Shown: positions 23,798 through 35,474 of the stretch, piece after piece
How the letters are laid out: each line of letters begins with the position of its first letter
Numbering within the stretch: the stretch's first letter is position 1
DNA from: Gracilinanus agilis
Taxonomy: Eukaryota
Direction of reading: 5' to 3'
Assembly: GCF_016433145.1 (NCBI RefSeq)
Contig: NC_058131.1
Span: 394,560,720-394,624,719 of the forward strand
DNA: 64,000 nucleotides
Made by a program: the position numbers and the translations under genes
The notes under the pieces: generated by a model
The model's database searches: none
What the model saw: only the letters and a program-made list of their open reading frames with translations
Told to the model about the DNA's origin: nothing

Positions 23798-24154
23798 AAA
23801 ATGACCTTAGTCTAAAGTGATGAAATCCTTACCCTGAAATTAATGGCTATCCCTAGATTGACCCCACTATACCTTCTCCATTTATATTCTATTATTTCCC
23901 AGCACCAATCTTTGATTCCAGCCCAATTGGCCCACTTTCTGTCTCTCAAACATGCCTCCTTCATTCTTGTCTCTGTTCTTCTGTTGCCTTTGCCTGGAAC
24001 AAGCTTCTCACTATTCTTTAGCTCCCTAACCCTTTCAAGGCCAAGCTCAAATTCTTCCACAGGTTCTCTCGAATGCCTTAGTCCAAAGACTCTACTCCAA
24101 GCTCCCCATACTTACTCATATAGATAACTCATTTGGCACTAATAAATACTGTAT

Positions 24155-24390
24155 TATTGTTGTTTAGTTGTTTCAGTCACTTGTGACTCTTCTTGATCCC
24201 ATTTGAAAAAGATACTGGTGCTATTTGCCATTTCCTATTCCATCTCATTTTACAGAAGAGGAAACTGAGGCAAACAGAAGGTGAATTGCCCAGGGTCCCA
24301 TAACTAGTAATTTTCTGAGGTCAGATTTGATGTGAGGAACATGAACCTTCCTGACTGCAGGCCCAGTACTTCTCCACTATGCCCTCAGCT
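24155..24390 (-). mobile_element. MAR1-type SINE
   Basis: GTTGTTTAGTTGTTTCAGTC..GATACTGG..TTTGCCATTTCC tail. Another minus copy at about 25795-26030. Confidence 0.75.
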
Positions 24391-26532
24391 TTCTTGAGCT
24401 ATAATAATATTGTTATTTGATAAATCTCAGATAATAAGCTACTTGAGATCAGGGTTCATGTCCTATCATTCTTTGTATGGATAAACTTCCTTAAGCCTAA
24501 TTTTCCTCATCCAGAAAAGGGGGTTGGAGTTACTTATAATAGTAGCCTCATGGGATACTTTGTAAACCTTAAAGATCTATGGAATTTGTGGAGTTGTTCT
24601 TTTAAATTTCGGTTCTCTCCAACATCTGGCACAAAACTTCACATATAGTAGATGTTCTAAACATTCCTTGGTTGACAGCTTGTGGCCTTCTGACCGCAGG
24701 CATTTCTCTTGGCTGCTACTGAATGAGTCACCAGATGATTGCCTTTTCTAGTCTCCTTCTTCATGGGGTGGATATGAATTTCCATCTCAAGGGTGAAATG
24801 TTCTTGATCCTCTTAGCCTAAGTGGTTCAACTTCCCTTCTGATTCCAAAATAGCAAAACTATGGGGTGCTAAGTCTGAGAAGATTACTGTTATTCTTCCT
24901 TCTCATAATAATAGTACCCACTGCTTCTAAACAGTGGAGAAAGCCTCCAGTCAGCATCTCTCCAGGCCTTAAAATTACTTTCTGCAGTGCTAATGTATGA
25001 GGTTGTTGATGCCTGAGAGCTCTCATGGATGGGTTCAGTAGGCTGTCTGTGGGCAGAGGGAGTTGGGAAGGATTCCAGCTCTTCAGTTCCACTATTCTCT
25101 ATAGCTACTGCTGTGCCTCAGAGGAAGTTCAAAATGACAGTAATAATGTCCAACATTTATGTGGCATTCAAGATATTACAGTTGCTTTACATATGTTGTC
25201 TCAATTGATCTTCATATGATACCTTCTTGGGTAAGTGCTACTTCCCCCCCTCCCCCCATTTTGGAGGTAAAGAAATTCAGATCAAAAGAGATAATTAGTA
25301 AATAAGTGATGGAGGCTCTGGTATCGAGATCCAGCACTGTCCACTTCACCATCTATTTTGTCAGTCTTGTTATGAAAGTTTTCCCAAAAGGGAGTTGTTG
25401 GGATAACCAAATCTTCCTCTTATAAAACACCCTGAATTTGCCTAAGTAGAATATTCTTTCTTGATATCTTTGGGTTTTACATTACCTACATATCTCATAT
25501 AGAAGAGCTCCTTGAGAACAGGCTTTGTTTGGTTTCTATATGTATCACCAGCATACATAGAGACCTAGGACTTGGATGAGAAAGACCAGTTCAAATTTGG
25601 CCTCAAATGCTTCCTAGCTGTATGACCCCAGACAAGTTATTTAACCTATGTCAGCCTCAGTTTCCTCACCTGCAAAATGCTGATGATAATAATAGCACTA
25701 TCTCCCAAGGTTGTTGTAAGGATAACAATAATCATAAAATACTTAGCATGGCGCCAGGTACCTAGGAGACACTTAATAAGTGCTTCCTTCCTTCTTTCCT
25801 TAATGTTTAATTCAGTCAGTTTTTCAGTTGTGTCCAACTCTTCTTGATCCCTTTTGCCCTTCTCCAGCTTATTTCACAGATAAGGAAAGTGAAGAAAATG
25901 GGGCTAAATGACTTGCCTAGGATCACACAGATAGTTATGTGTCTGAGGCCAGATTTGAAATTAGGAAGATGAGTTTTCCAGACTTCAGGACCAGAACTCT
26001 TATCCACTGAGTCACTCTGCTGCCCCCTTCTCTATCAGATAGAGCCATTTCTTGTGCCCCTTCCCCCCAAAAAAAACAGGAGAAAGGGAAGAAGGCAATT
26101 CAGCAAAACTAATGACCATCTTTATAAAGTCAGATTATTAAATGAAATGTGTCATACCCATAGTTGCCAGCGTGTTCAAGCATTCTGTAGTGTATCTTAT
26201 ATGTTTTTATCACTTAAAAACTTTCTGAAATGTTTTGGACATTTCTCTGTGTTCTTCAGAAGAATATAAAGAAGCATAGTGGCATCCTTAATGGATACTA
26301 GACATCTTGAGATCCAAATCTCACTTCTTAACACTTAATAGCTGTGTGACCCTGAGCAAGTAATTTAATTCAATAGTGCATCAGACAAGATTACAAATTC
26401 CTAAGGAATTGCTGCTCTGCATCATGCGGAGAGAACTTCTATGCTGGGAGTCCTGAGTACCAATTAAACTTCAACTTTAAACCATCTTCCTCCCTGCTCA
26501 AAATTTGCATATATAGGTATCCCTTCCACATC

Positions 26533-26741
26533 CTTTTTTTTTTTTTTAAACCCTCACCCTCCATCTTAGAGTCAATACTGTGTATTGGTTCTAAGACAGA
26601 AGAGTGGTAAGGGCTAGGCAATGGGGGCTAAGTGACTTGCCCAGGATCACACAGCTAGGAAGTGTCTGAGGCCAGATCTGAACCTAGGACCTCCTGCCTC
26701 TAGACCTGACTCTCAATCCACTGAGCTACCCAGCTGCCCCC
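26533..26741 (-). mobile_element. Mdo-type SINE with 14-bp TSD
   Basis: TSD ATCCCTTCCACATC at 26519-26532 and 26742-26755. Confidence 0.92.
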
Positions 26742-27341
26742 ATCCCTTCCACATCTTGACTTTCTCTATCCTAGTTTTGCTATATCATAGGTCAGCATAA
26801 GAAATTAAATGGGAATTCTTTGGGAATTTTGCAGAAGCTACAGATAAGATGAGAAGGCTAGCAGATGACACAGAAAAGATTTAGGAACTCAGAAATGTAT
26901 AAAATAGATGTAAAGTAGTATATAATATTAAGATATTTTAATCTTTCAGTGCCATAAATATACAAAATTTCTTTTACTGTAAACACCCCATAAAAGAAAA
27001 AGAAAAAAAAATCAGACATCTTCTATGATATGATGAGATAACCAAATAATTTTACATGGATTTTCCAGATCATGGGAGTGTCATGTTCCTAACCTCCAAG
27101 ATATGAAAGGATCTGCAATTATGATTTTATCACTTTGTATTTATATTTTACTTTCTTTTTTCCTCCCACTTATCTCCATTTTGTAGTTTAGAAAGTTGAG
27201 TCCCAGAAAAGTTCAACACTGTAGCTGGTTTAGGTTAGTAACTTGCCCTAAAGAGGTCATAGCTGAGTTTGAGAAGATGGCTGTAAGGGCATCACTTTTG
27301 CGCCTCCTGGATATTTGATCTGAAGCTCATGTTTGTCCCAG

Positions 27342-27447
27342 GACCCAAAAAAAGATGAGAGAAAATAATGGGATTGATGATGAAGTTTGAAATGTCCAGA
27401 TGAAATAGCCCATGGAAATAAAGGCATTGTGCTTGCAACTCTTAATG
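27342..27447 (+). other. PPP2R2B: Candidate alternative/cassette exon of PPP2R2B (homologue of the human MNYPDENTYGNK isoform exon)
   Basis: Acceptor GTTTGTCCCAG|GAC and donor AATG|GTAAGA in TE-free sequence. The frame reads (TTG)KCPDEIAHGNK+G against recalled human MNYPDENTYGNK+A. Confidence 0.65.
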
Positions 27448-27562
27448 GTAAGATAGTAATAAACAAGATATGATAGGAGATAACATAATATTGAGAATCA
27501 AAGTAAATTTACCTTTATTTGAATTTAATCTCAATGTAGCACATGTATTGGCCTTAATTCAC

Positions 27563-27782
27563 TTTTTTTACCCTTAACATCTGTTTTAGATACTAAGTAT
27601 AGGTTCTAAAGCAGTTGTGATAAGGGCTTCAAGAGGTTCAAATTCAGTCTCAGACACTTGCTAGTTGAGGTTAAGTAACTTGCCCAGATCACCCAACTAG
27701 GAAGTGTCTGAAACTGAATTTGAACCCAATACTTCCCATCTCTCTACCTGGCTCTCCATCTACTGAGCCATGTAGCTGTCCT
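27563..27782 (-). mobile_element. Mdo-type SINE with an internal inverted duplication
   Basis: Normal tail and head, but 27635-27667 is an inverted copy of 27694-27726. Confidence 0.8.
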
Positions 27783-28034
27783 AGCTTTAATTTACTTCTC
27801 ATTTACTGACCACAGTAGATTTATTTTCAATAAGATGTCTAAGAATGATCGTTGGATTTACAACTAGACTGGGGTCTGCCTCGTCCAACACTCTCATTTT
27901 ACAGATGGGAAATTGGAAGCCTGGGGATTTGCTCAGGGTCACACATATAGTAAGGGGCAGAACTAGAATTCTAATTTAGATCTTCTAATTCTAGACCAGT
28001 GCCCTCTCCACAGAACCATTGGATTGCTTCTCAG

Positions 28035-29405
28035 TAGTTTGGTAGAGAATGAACTATGGATCCTTTCAACGTCTATATTGCCCTCTTGTTGAAGAATTTC
28101 AGGGGCAGTTTTGTTGGATAATTTCTTGTAGTATGGAGTCCAAATTTCTATTTATGCTTTTTCAGGAAGACTAATGATTCTCAAATTGTCTCTTCTAGAC
28201 CTGTTTTCTTGATCTGTCAATTTCTCAGTGAGGTTATTTCATGTTTCCTTCTATTTTATCAGTCTTTTGACTTTGCTTTATTTGTTGTTGCTGTCTTGAG
28301 AGATCATTGGCTTCTACTTGCCCAATTCTGGTCTTTAGAGACTGGTTTTCTGCTATAATCTTTTGATTTTCCTTTTAGATTTGGTCTATTCTGTTTTTCA
28401 TGGTTTCCTCCAATTTGCTTATCATTTTGTTTGATTTTGGGGCATCTTTCTTCAATTGGGAGTTTCTGTCTTTTAACCTGTTAATTTCCTTTTGAGCTAT
28501 TTCCTACTTCTCTTGCCAAATCTCTTCCATCTTTCTCATGATCTTGGATTTGAACTCTTCAAGAGCTTGTGACTAATTTTCATTTTTGGGGGAAGGTTTG
28601 GATGTGTTTCCTTGTTTGTCTTCCTCTGCTGCCTGCTCTGTTGTCTGGATTTTTTTTGTGTAAAAGTTATCGAGTGTTAATGCTTTCCTCTTGTTTTTTC
28701 TCTTGGTTAGTTCTTGGGCAATGCTTGCCATTATTATGTTGGTTTTTCCTTCTTAGTCAGGAGTCTGGGTGAGGTGGGCTGGCACTCTGTGTATAGAGCT
28801 GTGGAGCAGTTTTTTCCTGAGTCACAGCACAATGCTGCCCCTCTCAGCTTTATCCTTGCGCTCAAGGACTGAGCTCTTTAGGCTCCTGGAGTCTCAAGTC
28901 TAGCTGTTCTCAGGGTTAAGCCTCTTGGTGGTCCCCTTGCTTGCTCCTCTGCCCGAGGCTCCTTTACAAGTCTCAGTGAGCTGCCACCCTTCTGCTCTAG
29001 GTCCCGCCCAAAGTCTGTGCTCAAGGTCCATGCTCAAAGTCCACATTCTTTAGCCTCTTGGGGTCTTAAGTCTTGTTGCTCTCAGGAACAAGCCCCTGGT
29101 GATCCCAGTTAGCTGTCAAGAACTTAGTGAATGCCCCACACTTGCTCTAACTCTTGTGCGCTGGCTCTGGGACTGTAGGTGGGGTAGGGGTGGGGGGATT
29201 AATCAGCTCATGTTTTAGTGAGAGCTATTTCACCCCCTTATAGCATGGAAATTCCCAAATCCCACATACCTTCAATGCTGTATCCTGTGGGGTCCCTTTA
29301 TTCATCCGGATTTGGTTTTTGTGTCCTTTTGAAGTATCATGTATGGATCCATTAGGAGAGTTAAGTGCCCTGCTTCTACTCTGTAGCCATCTTAACCCAG
29401 AAGTC
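28035..29405 (-). mobile_element. L1 5' end: 5' UTR plus inactivated ORF1 (ATG at 28731), 3'-truncated
   Basis: Begins GACTTCTGGGTTAAGATGGC (L1 5' terminus). ORF1 reads MASIAQELTKRKNKRKALTLDNFYTKKIQTTEQ... with in-frame TAG stops. Confidence 0.85.
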
Positions 29406-29899
29406 GCAATACATGATATTTGATTGTGCATTTGAGACAGAACCTCATGAAGTATTCTCTCTTGAGACCAGTCTTGTAAGAGATAAAAAGGGTTCTGGGA
29501 ACAAAATTAAAGAGAGAATGCTGCCCATTTATAAAAATTGGGAGAAACTCTGATACATACCACCCAGGGGAATAAGGGGGAGAGTCTGTTTAAGGACTAT
29601 ATATATAGATGAAGAATAGGGAAGGAAAGACTAAAATGAATATTATAGACTATAGAGTGGGAAAAAAGGATAGAAGTCAACATCTGAAGAGAGTTGGGGT
29701 ATTAACAAAGAGGCAAAGATAAATAAGTCTCATTTCTCTCTTTTAGCTCATCACATCCAAATGTTTCAGGAAAATCCATTCAAATTAGAGCAATGTTATG
29801 ACTGTGTATTTTTTAACTACCATATGTGACATGATGAATAAGTGAGATGAAAACTTCTGACACTTTTGATCCATCTGAAACCATGGATCCATAGCTCCT

Positions 29900-30370
29900 T
29901 CATTCCATTGATGTAGATGACTACCCATCCATATCTTTTCATCTTGTGCAGTTATCCATGTCTTTCAATAAATCTTCTTAGGAGAATTGACTTAAAATAA
30001 TGGAGGCCTCCCTCTATTTCTTTGAATATCTTGAAAGTAACAATTGAACATTGAGTTTGGCTATTTGCTGCTTCTCATTCTTGCTATGTGACTGGTGCAC
30101 TTCCCTTTTCTGGTCATCCAAGTCTTTAATGATGTCTTTTATGGTATTCTTTGTCTATTATCATTGATGACATAACACAATTTACTTATGCCCACCTCTC
30201 ATATATTCATTTCCTTTGGGGTTACTCATGATTTTGACTCTCAGATCATAGCATTTCATGATGTACAGTCATATGTTACCACTGAAAGGATGTTGGTAAA
30301 CATTAAAAAGTGGTCTTTTGGGGAAGAGGTCATTTAGGATAACTGAGAGCACAATACAATTTTCCAAATG
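29900..30370 (-). mobile_element. RTE LINE 3' fossil
   Basis: Third degenerate copy of the RTE C-terminal region. Confidence 0.6.
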
Positions 30371-31039
30371 TTCTTTAGCACACCCTCTGTATATCTGTCC
30401 CTCTGTCTCTGTCTCTATCTCTTTTATCTGGCTGCCCATCTAGCTCTTGGCATGTGATGTGTATTTGTTTTGTCCAGTATATCTGATCGTGTTTACAGTA
30501 TTACATATCTGTAGTTCCTTGCCTTTTCATCAAAAAGAAAAAGGTGCATTCTCATCATTTCTATAAGACCATGATTACTTATTACAAATACTCAGTGTTT
30601 TGTTTCATTTCATATTTTTTGCCTTTATATTATCATATTCTTTGTTCATTTTGTTCTCCTGATTCTAGTTACTTTGTCCTGCCCGAATTCCTGCAAGTCC
30701 TTTTGTATTTCTCTGAATTTCTCTGAATTTATCAATTTGTAATTTCTTATGATATAGTAATATTGGATTATATTCTCATAATAGTTTGTTCAACCATTCC
30801 CCAATGTATACCTCAGGTTACCATTTTCACAAATTTCACTAATTTACTTTTCCAGGATCAGAAACCCTGAGAAGATGGTCAGAATTGCATCAAAATATCT
30901 GAGACCTCTAGACTCTTGATCATAATTAGACTGTAGTGATTAGCCATGTCAAACAGGATGGCATATTGTCAATATGGGGGGTACCAACATATGAAATAGC
31001 ATAAGTTCCCTAATATATCTCATATCCTCAAAAAAATCT

Positions 31040-31370
31040 TCACTTCATCTATCCCAAAGAAATTCCTTGAGAAAGCCATCTATACTTCTACTTCCTCTCT
31101 ACTCACTCTCTTAACTCTGTATAAGTCTGACTTTGTGACCTTATTATCCAACTGAAACTCTCTCCAAAGTTCCTGGTGATCTCTTAACTGCCAAATCTAA
31201 TGGGTTTTTTTTGGTTTTCATCCTTGATGTCTCTGCAGCCTTGTTCACTATTGATGATCTACTTCTCAATACTTTGTTCTCTCCTGATTTCCATGACACT
31301 GCTATCTTCTGGTTTTCCTCCTACTTCTCTGACTACTCTTTTTCAGTCTTCTTTACTGGATCTTGCTATT
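31040..31370 (+). mobile_element. L2 reverse-transcriptase fragment
   Basis: ORF 31211 reads ILDVSAALFTIDD.LLL..L...D.AIFWFSSYFSDYSFSV, matching the L2 RT motif LDLSAAFDTVDH...WFSSYLS. Confidence 0.8.
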
Positions 31371-31414
31371 CATTTAATCTTTATTTAATTATTTAATATT
31401 CCTACTCCAGTCAC

Positions 31415-31614
31415 CTTTTTTTTTTTTAATCCATAACTTCCATCTTAGAATCAATACTGTGTATTGGTTCCAAGGCAGAAGAGCAGCAAGGACTATGCAA
31501 TGATAGTTAAATGAATTGCCTGGGATCCACAGTAGGAAGTGACCAAGGTCAGATTTGAACCCAGGACCTCTCTGTAGATCTGACTTTTAATCCACTGAGC
31601 TACCCAGCAGCCCT
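31415..31614 (-). mobile_element. Mdo-type SINE with 10-bp TSD
   Basis: TSD CTCCAGTCAC at 31405-31414 and 31615-31624. Confidence 0.88.
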
Positions 31615-32774
31615 CTCCAGTCACTTTCACAGACTTAGGTCTGGAACTTTCTCCTCTCTCACCTCCACCTCTTAGTTTCTGACTTCCTTTAATCTCAAAA
31701 ATCTCCCCTTCTAGGCAAGAAGCCTTCCCCAGTCCTCCTTGATTTTTGTGCATTCCCTTTGAGATAATTTCCAATTTATCTTGTATGTAGATTATTTATA
31801 TATAATTGTTTGTGTGTTGTGTTCTGCATTAGACTCTTGAGTTCCTTGAAAGCAAGAACTATTTTTTTTTGCCTTTCTTTGTATCACTAGTTTTTAAGCA
31901 TAATGCCTGGTACATGGTAGTTATGTAATAAATTCTTGCTGATGACTCAAGAATATAACATATAATTCAATGTGGAGAGAGAGAGAAGCATGCTATTGAT
32001 AACTTAGACTCTGATATCTTGTTACTCTTTCTTCCATTCAGCCTTTAATGTATAGACCCAGAATTTCTCCTAGCTGTGATTCTCTGATACTTTCTTCCCT
32101 ACTTTGTTTGTTATTCTAGGCCATTAGCATGTGACTAAGATGTCTGTGTTTGGGGAATGTCACCACAAACATCAGTTATTGCAAATGACAGTTGGTGGTC
32201 CACGTGTTAACATTAATGGGGAACTATTGAAAATTTTCAGTCACATATTCTCCTGGCATATGGTCCACGCTACAGTTGAAGAGGACCTGCCAGGTCCTGC
32301 AGAAGAGAACAATTAACAAAATCATAAATTCTCCTTCTGTTTATATTTTCAGTCCAAAGGCTAATTGCGAGTTTGTGAGGCATTAGGTAGGCATTGATAA
32401 GAGAGATTTCCTTATAGAAGTATGGCTGAGCTTATCATCAAGGAGAAATGTAAGTGAATGAAATTCAAATATACATGTGAAATCCAAACAATTACACTTA
32501 TTAATGGTCACAAATGGCCTGTAGTCAAACTATAATTTCTTAGGAGAAAAACAATTAGCTTATTTGTTCAAAGTATAAACGGGACAATTCATTAATTTGC
32601 TAATTGTGCTTTACTACTAGAGACATTAATATTGAGCATTTGTCTTTAGCTATCTCCTCAGATTACTTTTTACTCCTGGTTTCATCACCAACATCAACTG
32701 AAAAATCTTTTGATATCAAACAAATAATTCAATTAAAATTTTATCATGTATATTAAATGTAATGCATTGTGCTC

Positions 32775-32780
<6 letters not shown>

Positions 32781-32830
<50 letters not shown>

Positions 32831-33024
32831 CTGGGACTCCATTCAAGGAGCATAGGGCCACAACCAGTAGGCAATGGGTCGCTCAGGGTCACCCAGCTGG
32901 GAAGTGTCTGAGCCCGGACTTGAACCTAGGACCTTTTCGTCTCTAGGCCTGGCTCTCAATCCACTGAGCTAGCCCAGCTGCCCCTACTTTAGGTTGCAGT
33001 TTCTTTAGCAGTGTAGTTTTTACA
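32781..33024 (-). mobile_element. Atypical young SINE: 40-nt 5' extension + tRNA/CORE head + RTE-like tail + about A48
   Basis: TSD GTGCTCAGCTTT at 32769-32780 and 33025-33036; the SINE head ends at 32984. Confidence 0.85.
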
Positions 33025-33359
33025 GTGCTCAGCTTTGAGGAAACAAAAGTTAAATAAAACATAGTCCCCATACACATGGTACATTTCTTGTGAATTCATT
33101 GTTGCTTTTCTGTATTTTTAATAATCTCAAGATCAGGAAAGAACAGGAAGGAGGAGGTAAATATAACCTTTTTGCTGCCTCCCTCCATCATTTCCTTGCC
33201 AACCTGACACACTTGACTAGAAAGCCTATGGATTCAGAAGTGTACTGGCCAGCACCAACTGTTTAATGTCACCGACACCACTACCCCTGGCTTGTAATGG
33301 GCAAAATAAACTTCACAGGATGGAGACTAATAAAAGGCTATAGAGAGGAACCTTTCATA

Positions 33360-33625
33360 ATATATCTTATTCTTTTTATTTTGGGGTTTTGGTTTTATAT
33401 GATTATTCTCTTATAAAAATGAACAATATAGAAATATGTTTTGCATGATAATACATGTATGACACAGATTGAATTGCTTGCCAACTCTGAGGGGGAGAAG
33501 GGAAGGCAGGGAGGGAGGAAGACAGACAGACAATTTGGATCACATAACTTTAGAAAACTTATGTGGAAATTTATTACATGTAATTGGTAAAATAAAATAT
33601 CTTTAAAATAAAAAATAAAAAAAAT
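33360..33625 (+). mobile_element. L1 3' UTR in sense orientation
   Basis: G-rich tract, then ACATGTAATTGG..AATAAA and an A-rich tail. Confidence 0.75.
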
Positions 33626-33869
33626 GTATCTAGGGATAAAGGAGATCAGAAGGCATCCCTTTGAACCAAGCAGCTGCAAGTGAAAAAGCTTAATATTCTG
33701 TAATCAATCATGCAAAATATATGGGACCCAATTCACCTCTAGCTTTTTCCCCCCCATAAGGAACTGAAAAGGGAAAGGGTGCCAGTTCTAGCATGCCATG
33801 TTGAACTAGATTAAATACACGTATAATCCATCTACATATCCAAGCTTTCATGTGAAAGAGTACCTCATT

Positions 33870-34133
33870 TTTTTCTTTTTTTAATATATTTTTTTCATTT
33901 TTATTTTAATTTTGAATATTTTCCCATAGTTACATGTTTCATGTTCTTTCCCTCTCCCCCAAACTCCCCTAACCCCCCTTAGCCAATGCACAATTCCACT
34001 GGGTTTTACATGTATCATTGATTAAGCCCCAATTCCATATTATTGATAGTTGGACTAGAGTTATCGTTTAGCGTCTACATCCCCAATAATATCCCCATCA
34101 GCCCATGTGTTCAAGCAGTTGTTTTTCCTCTGT
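33870..34133 (-). mobile_element. 5'-truncated L1 3' UTR
   Basis: Related to the 15112 and 41727 copies; near-TSD ACCTCATTTTTT / ACCTAATTTTTT. Confidence 0.85.
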
Positions 34134-35292
34134 GACCTAATTTTTCTAATGCTATTCCAAATATAGTCATTTTCAGTTGTCTAAGGCATGCAGATAGAAA
34201 AAGTCATCAGTCTATTCCCTATTTTAAGACAACTCTAGGACAGTCCTGGATCCCCAGAATGTGGAAAGGATGCTCCCCTTCCTCATTTGCCATCTCCTTG
34301 TACTTATGAAAGGACATGAACAAGAATCACACAGTATAGGCTGGCATAGCATAGGATCTATGTCTTTGGAGGGAGTCCCCACAATCCCCAAGATCATATA
34401 TCCATGGGAGTATTAGATAGAGTATTATGTGTGCTGAGCGTGAGCACAAATGCATCTCTCTCTACCTCTCATAGAGGCATTAATTAGCATAATTAATACA
34501 TAGTGTCAGTTTATACAGTCGGGCTCCCTTCACGGCTGCATCATTTTCACACCTTTCCCTTTGTAACTCACCCTTCCAGACTCTTTCAAAGCCCTCCACT
34601 TGTGTCTTGTTTTCTTTAACAAGAGTGTGAGATTGGTTTTTCTGCTGGGCTCTGAGAGTGATCCCCCCACTTAAAGTGTAATCTTCCAAGGCTTTGTGTC
34701 TGTTTTTCAGGAACTTACGGAATGCATTAAGACATTATACAGGGCGGAAGCACCATTTTGACAATGATTATGTCTATTATCTATTTTAATACATGTAAAT
34801 TGCTGTGGAGAAACAAACCATTTTTATGCCACTTGAATTCTTTTCAGGAAAGCTAGAATCTCTTGTGCAGGGCTCGGATGTATTACTGTCATTTTCTCCT
34901 TGCTGAGTAGAATATAAACACTTAAATCGACACCTTTGTTAGTGCACCCTCTTGCTCTGTTGCCCTAATAAGTTGTTGTGATTGTATGCTTTGAAATCCA
35001 TATTCAGCAGTGCATTTAATTTTACATTGACTTCCTCAGCAAACTAAAAACATGAATCGCCTAGATGATCAGAGGCAGAAGGGTTGTGGTTTCACTGGGA
35101 GGATGCTCCTTTTCCCAACACAGATCTAAAATTTATACAGTGCTGTAAGGCTGGCAAAGCAATCTGCACATCATCTCATTTAATCTTAACCTGGGAGCTT
35201 CTTGAGAGCAAGGACTGTCTTTTGCTTTTCTTTTTAACCTCAGCAGTTAGCACATTGCCTGCAAATAGTAGGTTCTTAATAAATGTTAACTG

Positions 35293-35474
35293 AGGGGCAG
35301 CTGGGTAGCTCAGTGGATTGAGAGTCAGGCCTAGAGACGGGAGGTCCTAGGTTCAAATCTGGCCTCAGACACTTTCCAGCTGTGTGACCCTGGGCAAGTC
35401 ACTTGAACCCCATTGCCTACCCTTTCCACTCTTCCACCTAGGAGCCAATACACAGAAGTTAAGGGTTTAAAAAA
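35293..35474 (+). mobile_element. Mdo-type SINE with 12-bp TSD, inserted in an L2 3' end
   Basis: TSD AAATGTTAACTG at 35281-35292 and 35475-35486. Confidence 0.92.

Noticed and set aside
28500-28580. Two probable TGG>TAG stops in L1 ORF1, suggesting APOBEC-type hypermutation
   Set aside because: Two events are too few without a consensus alignment.
33590-33625. Sense-strand AATAAA cluster as an intronic polyadenylation site
   Set aside because: It is the L1 tail; there is no clear downstream GU-rich element and no expression data to support use.
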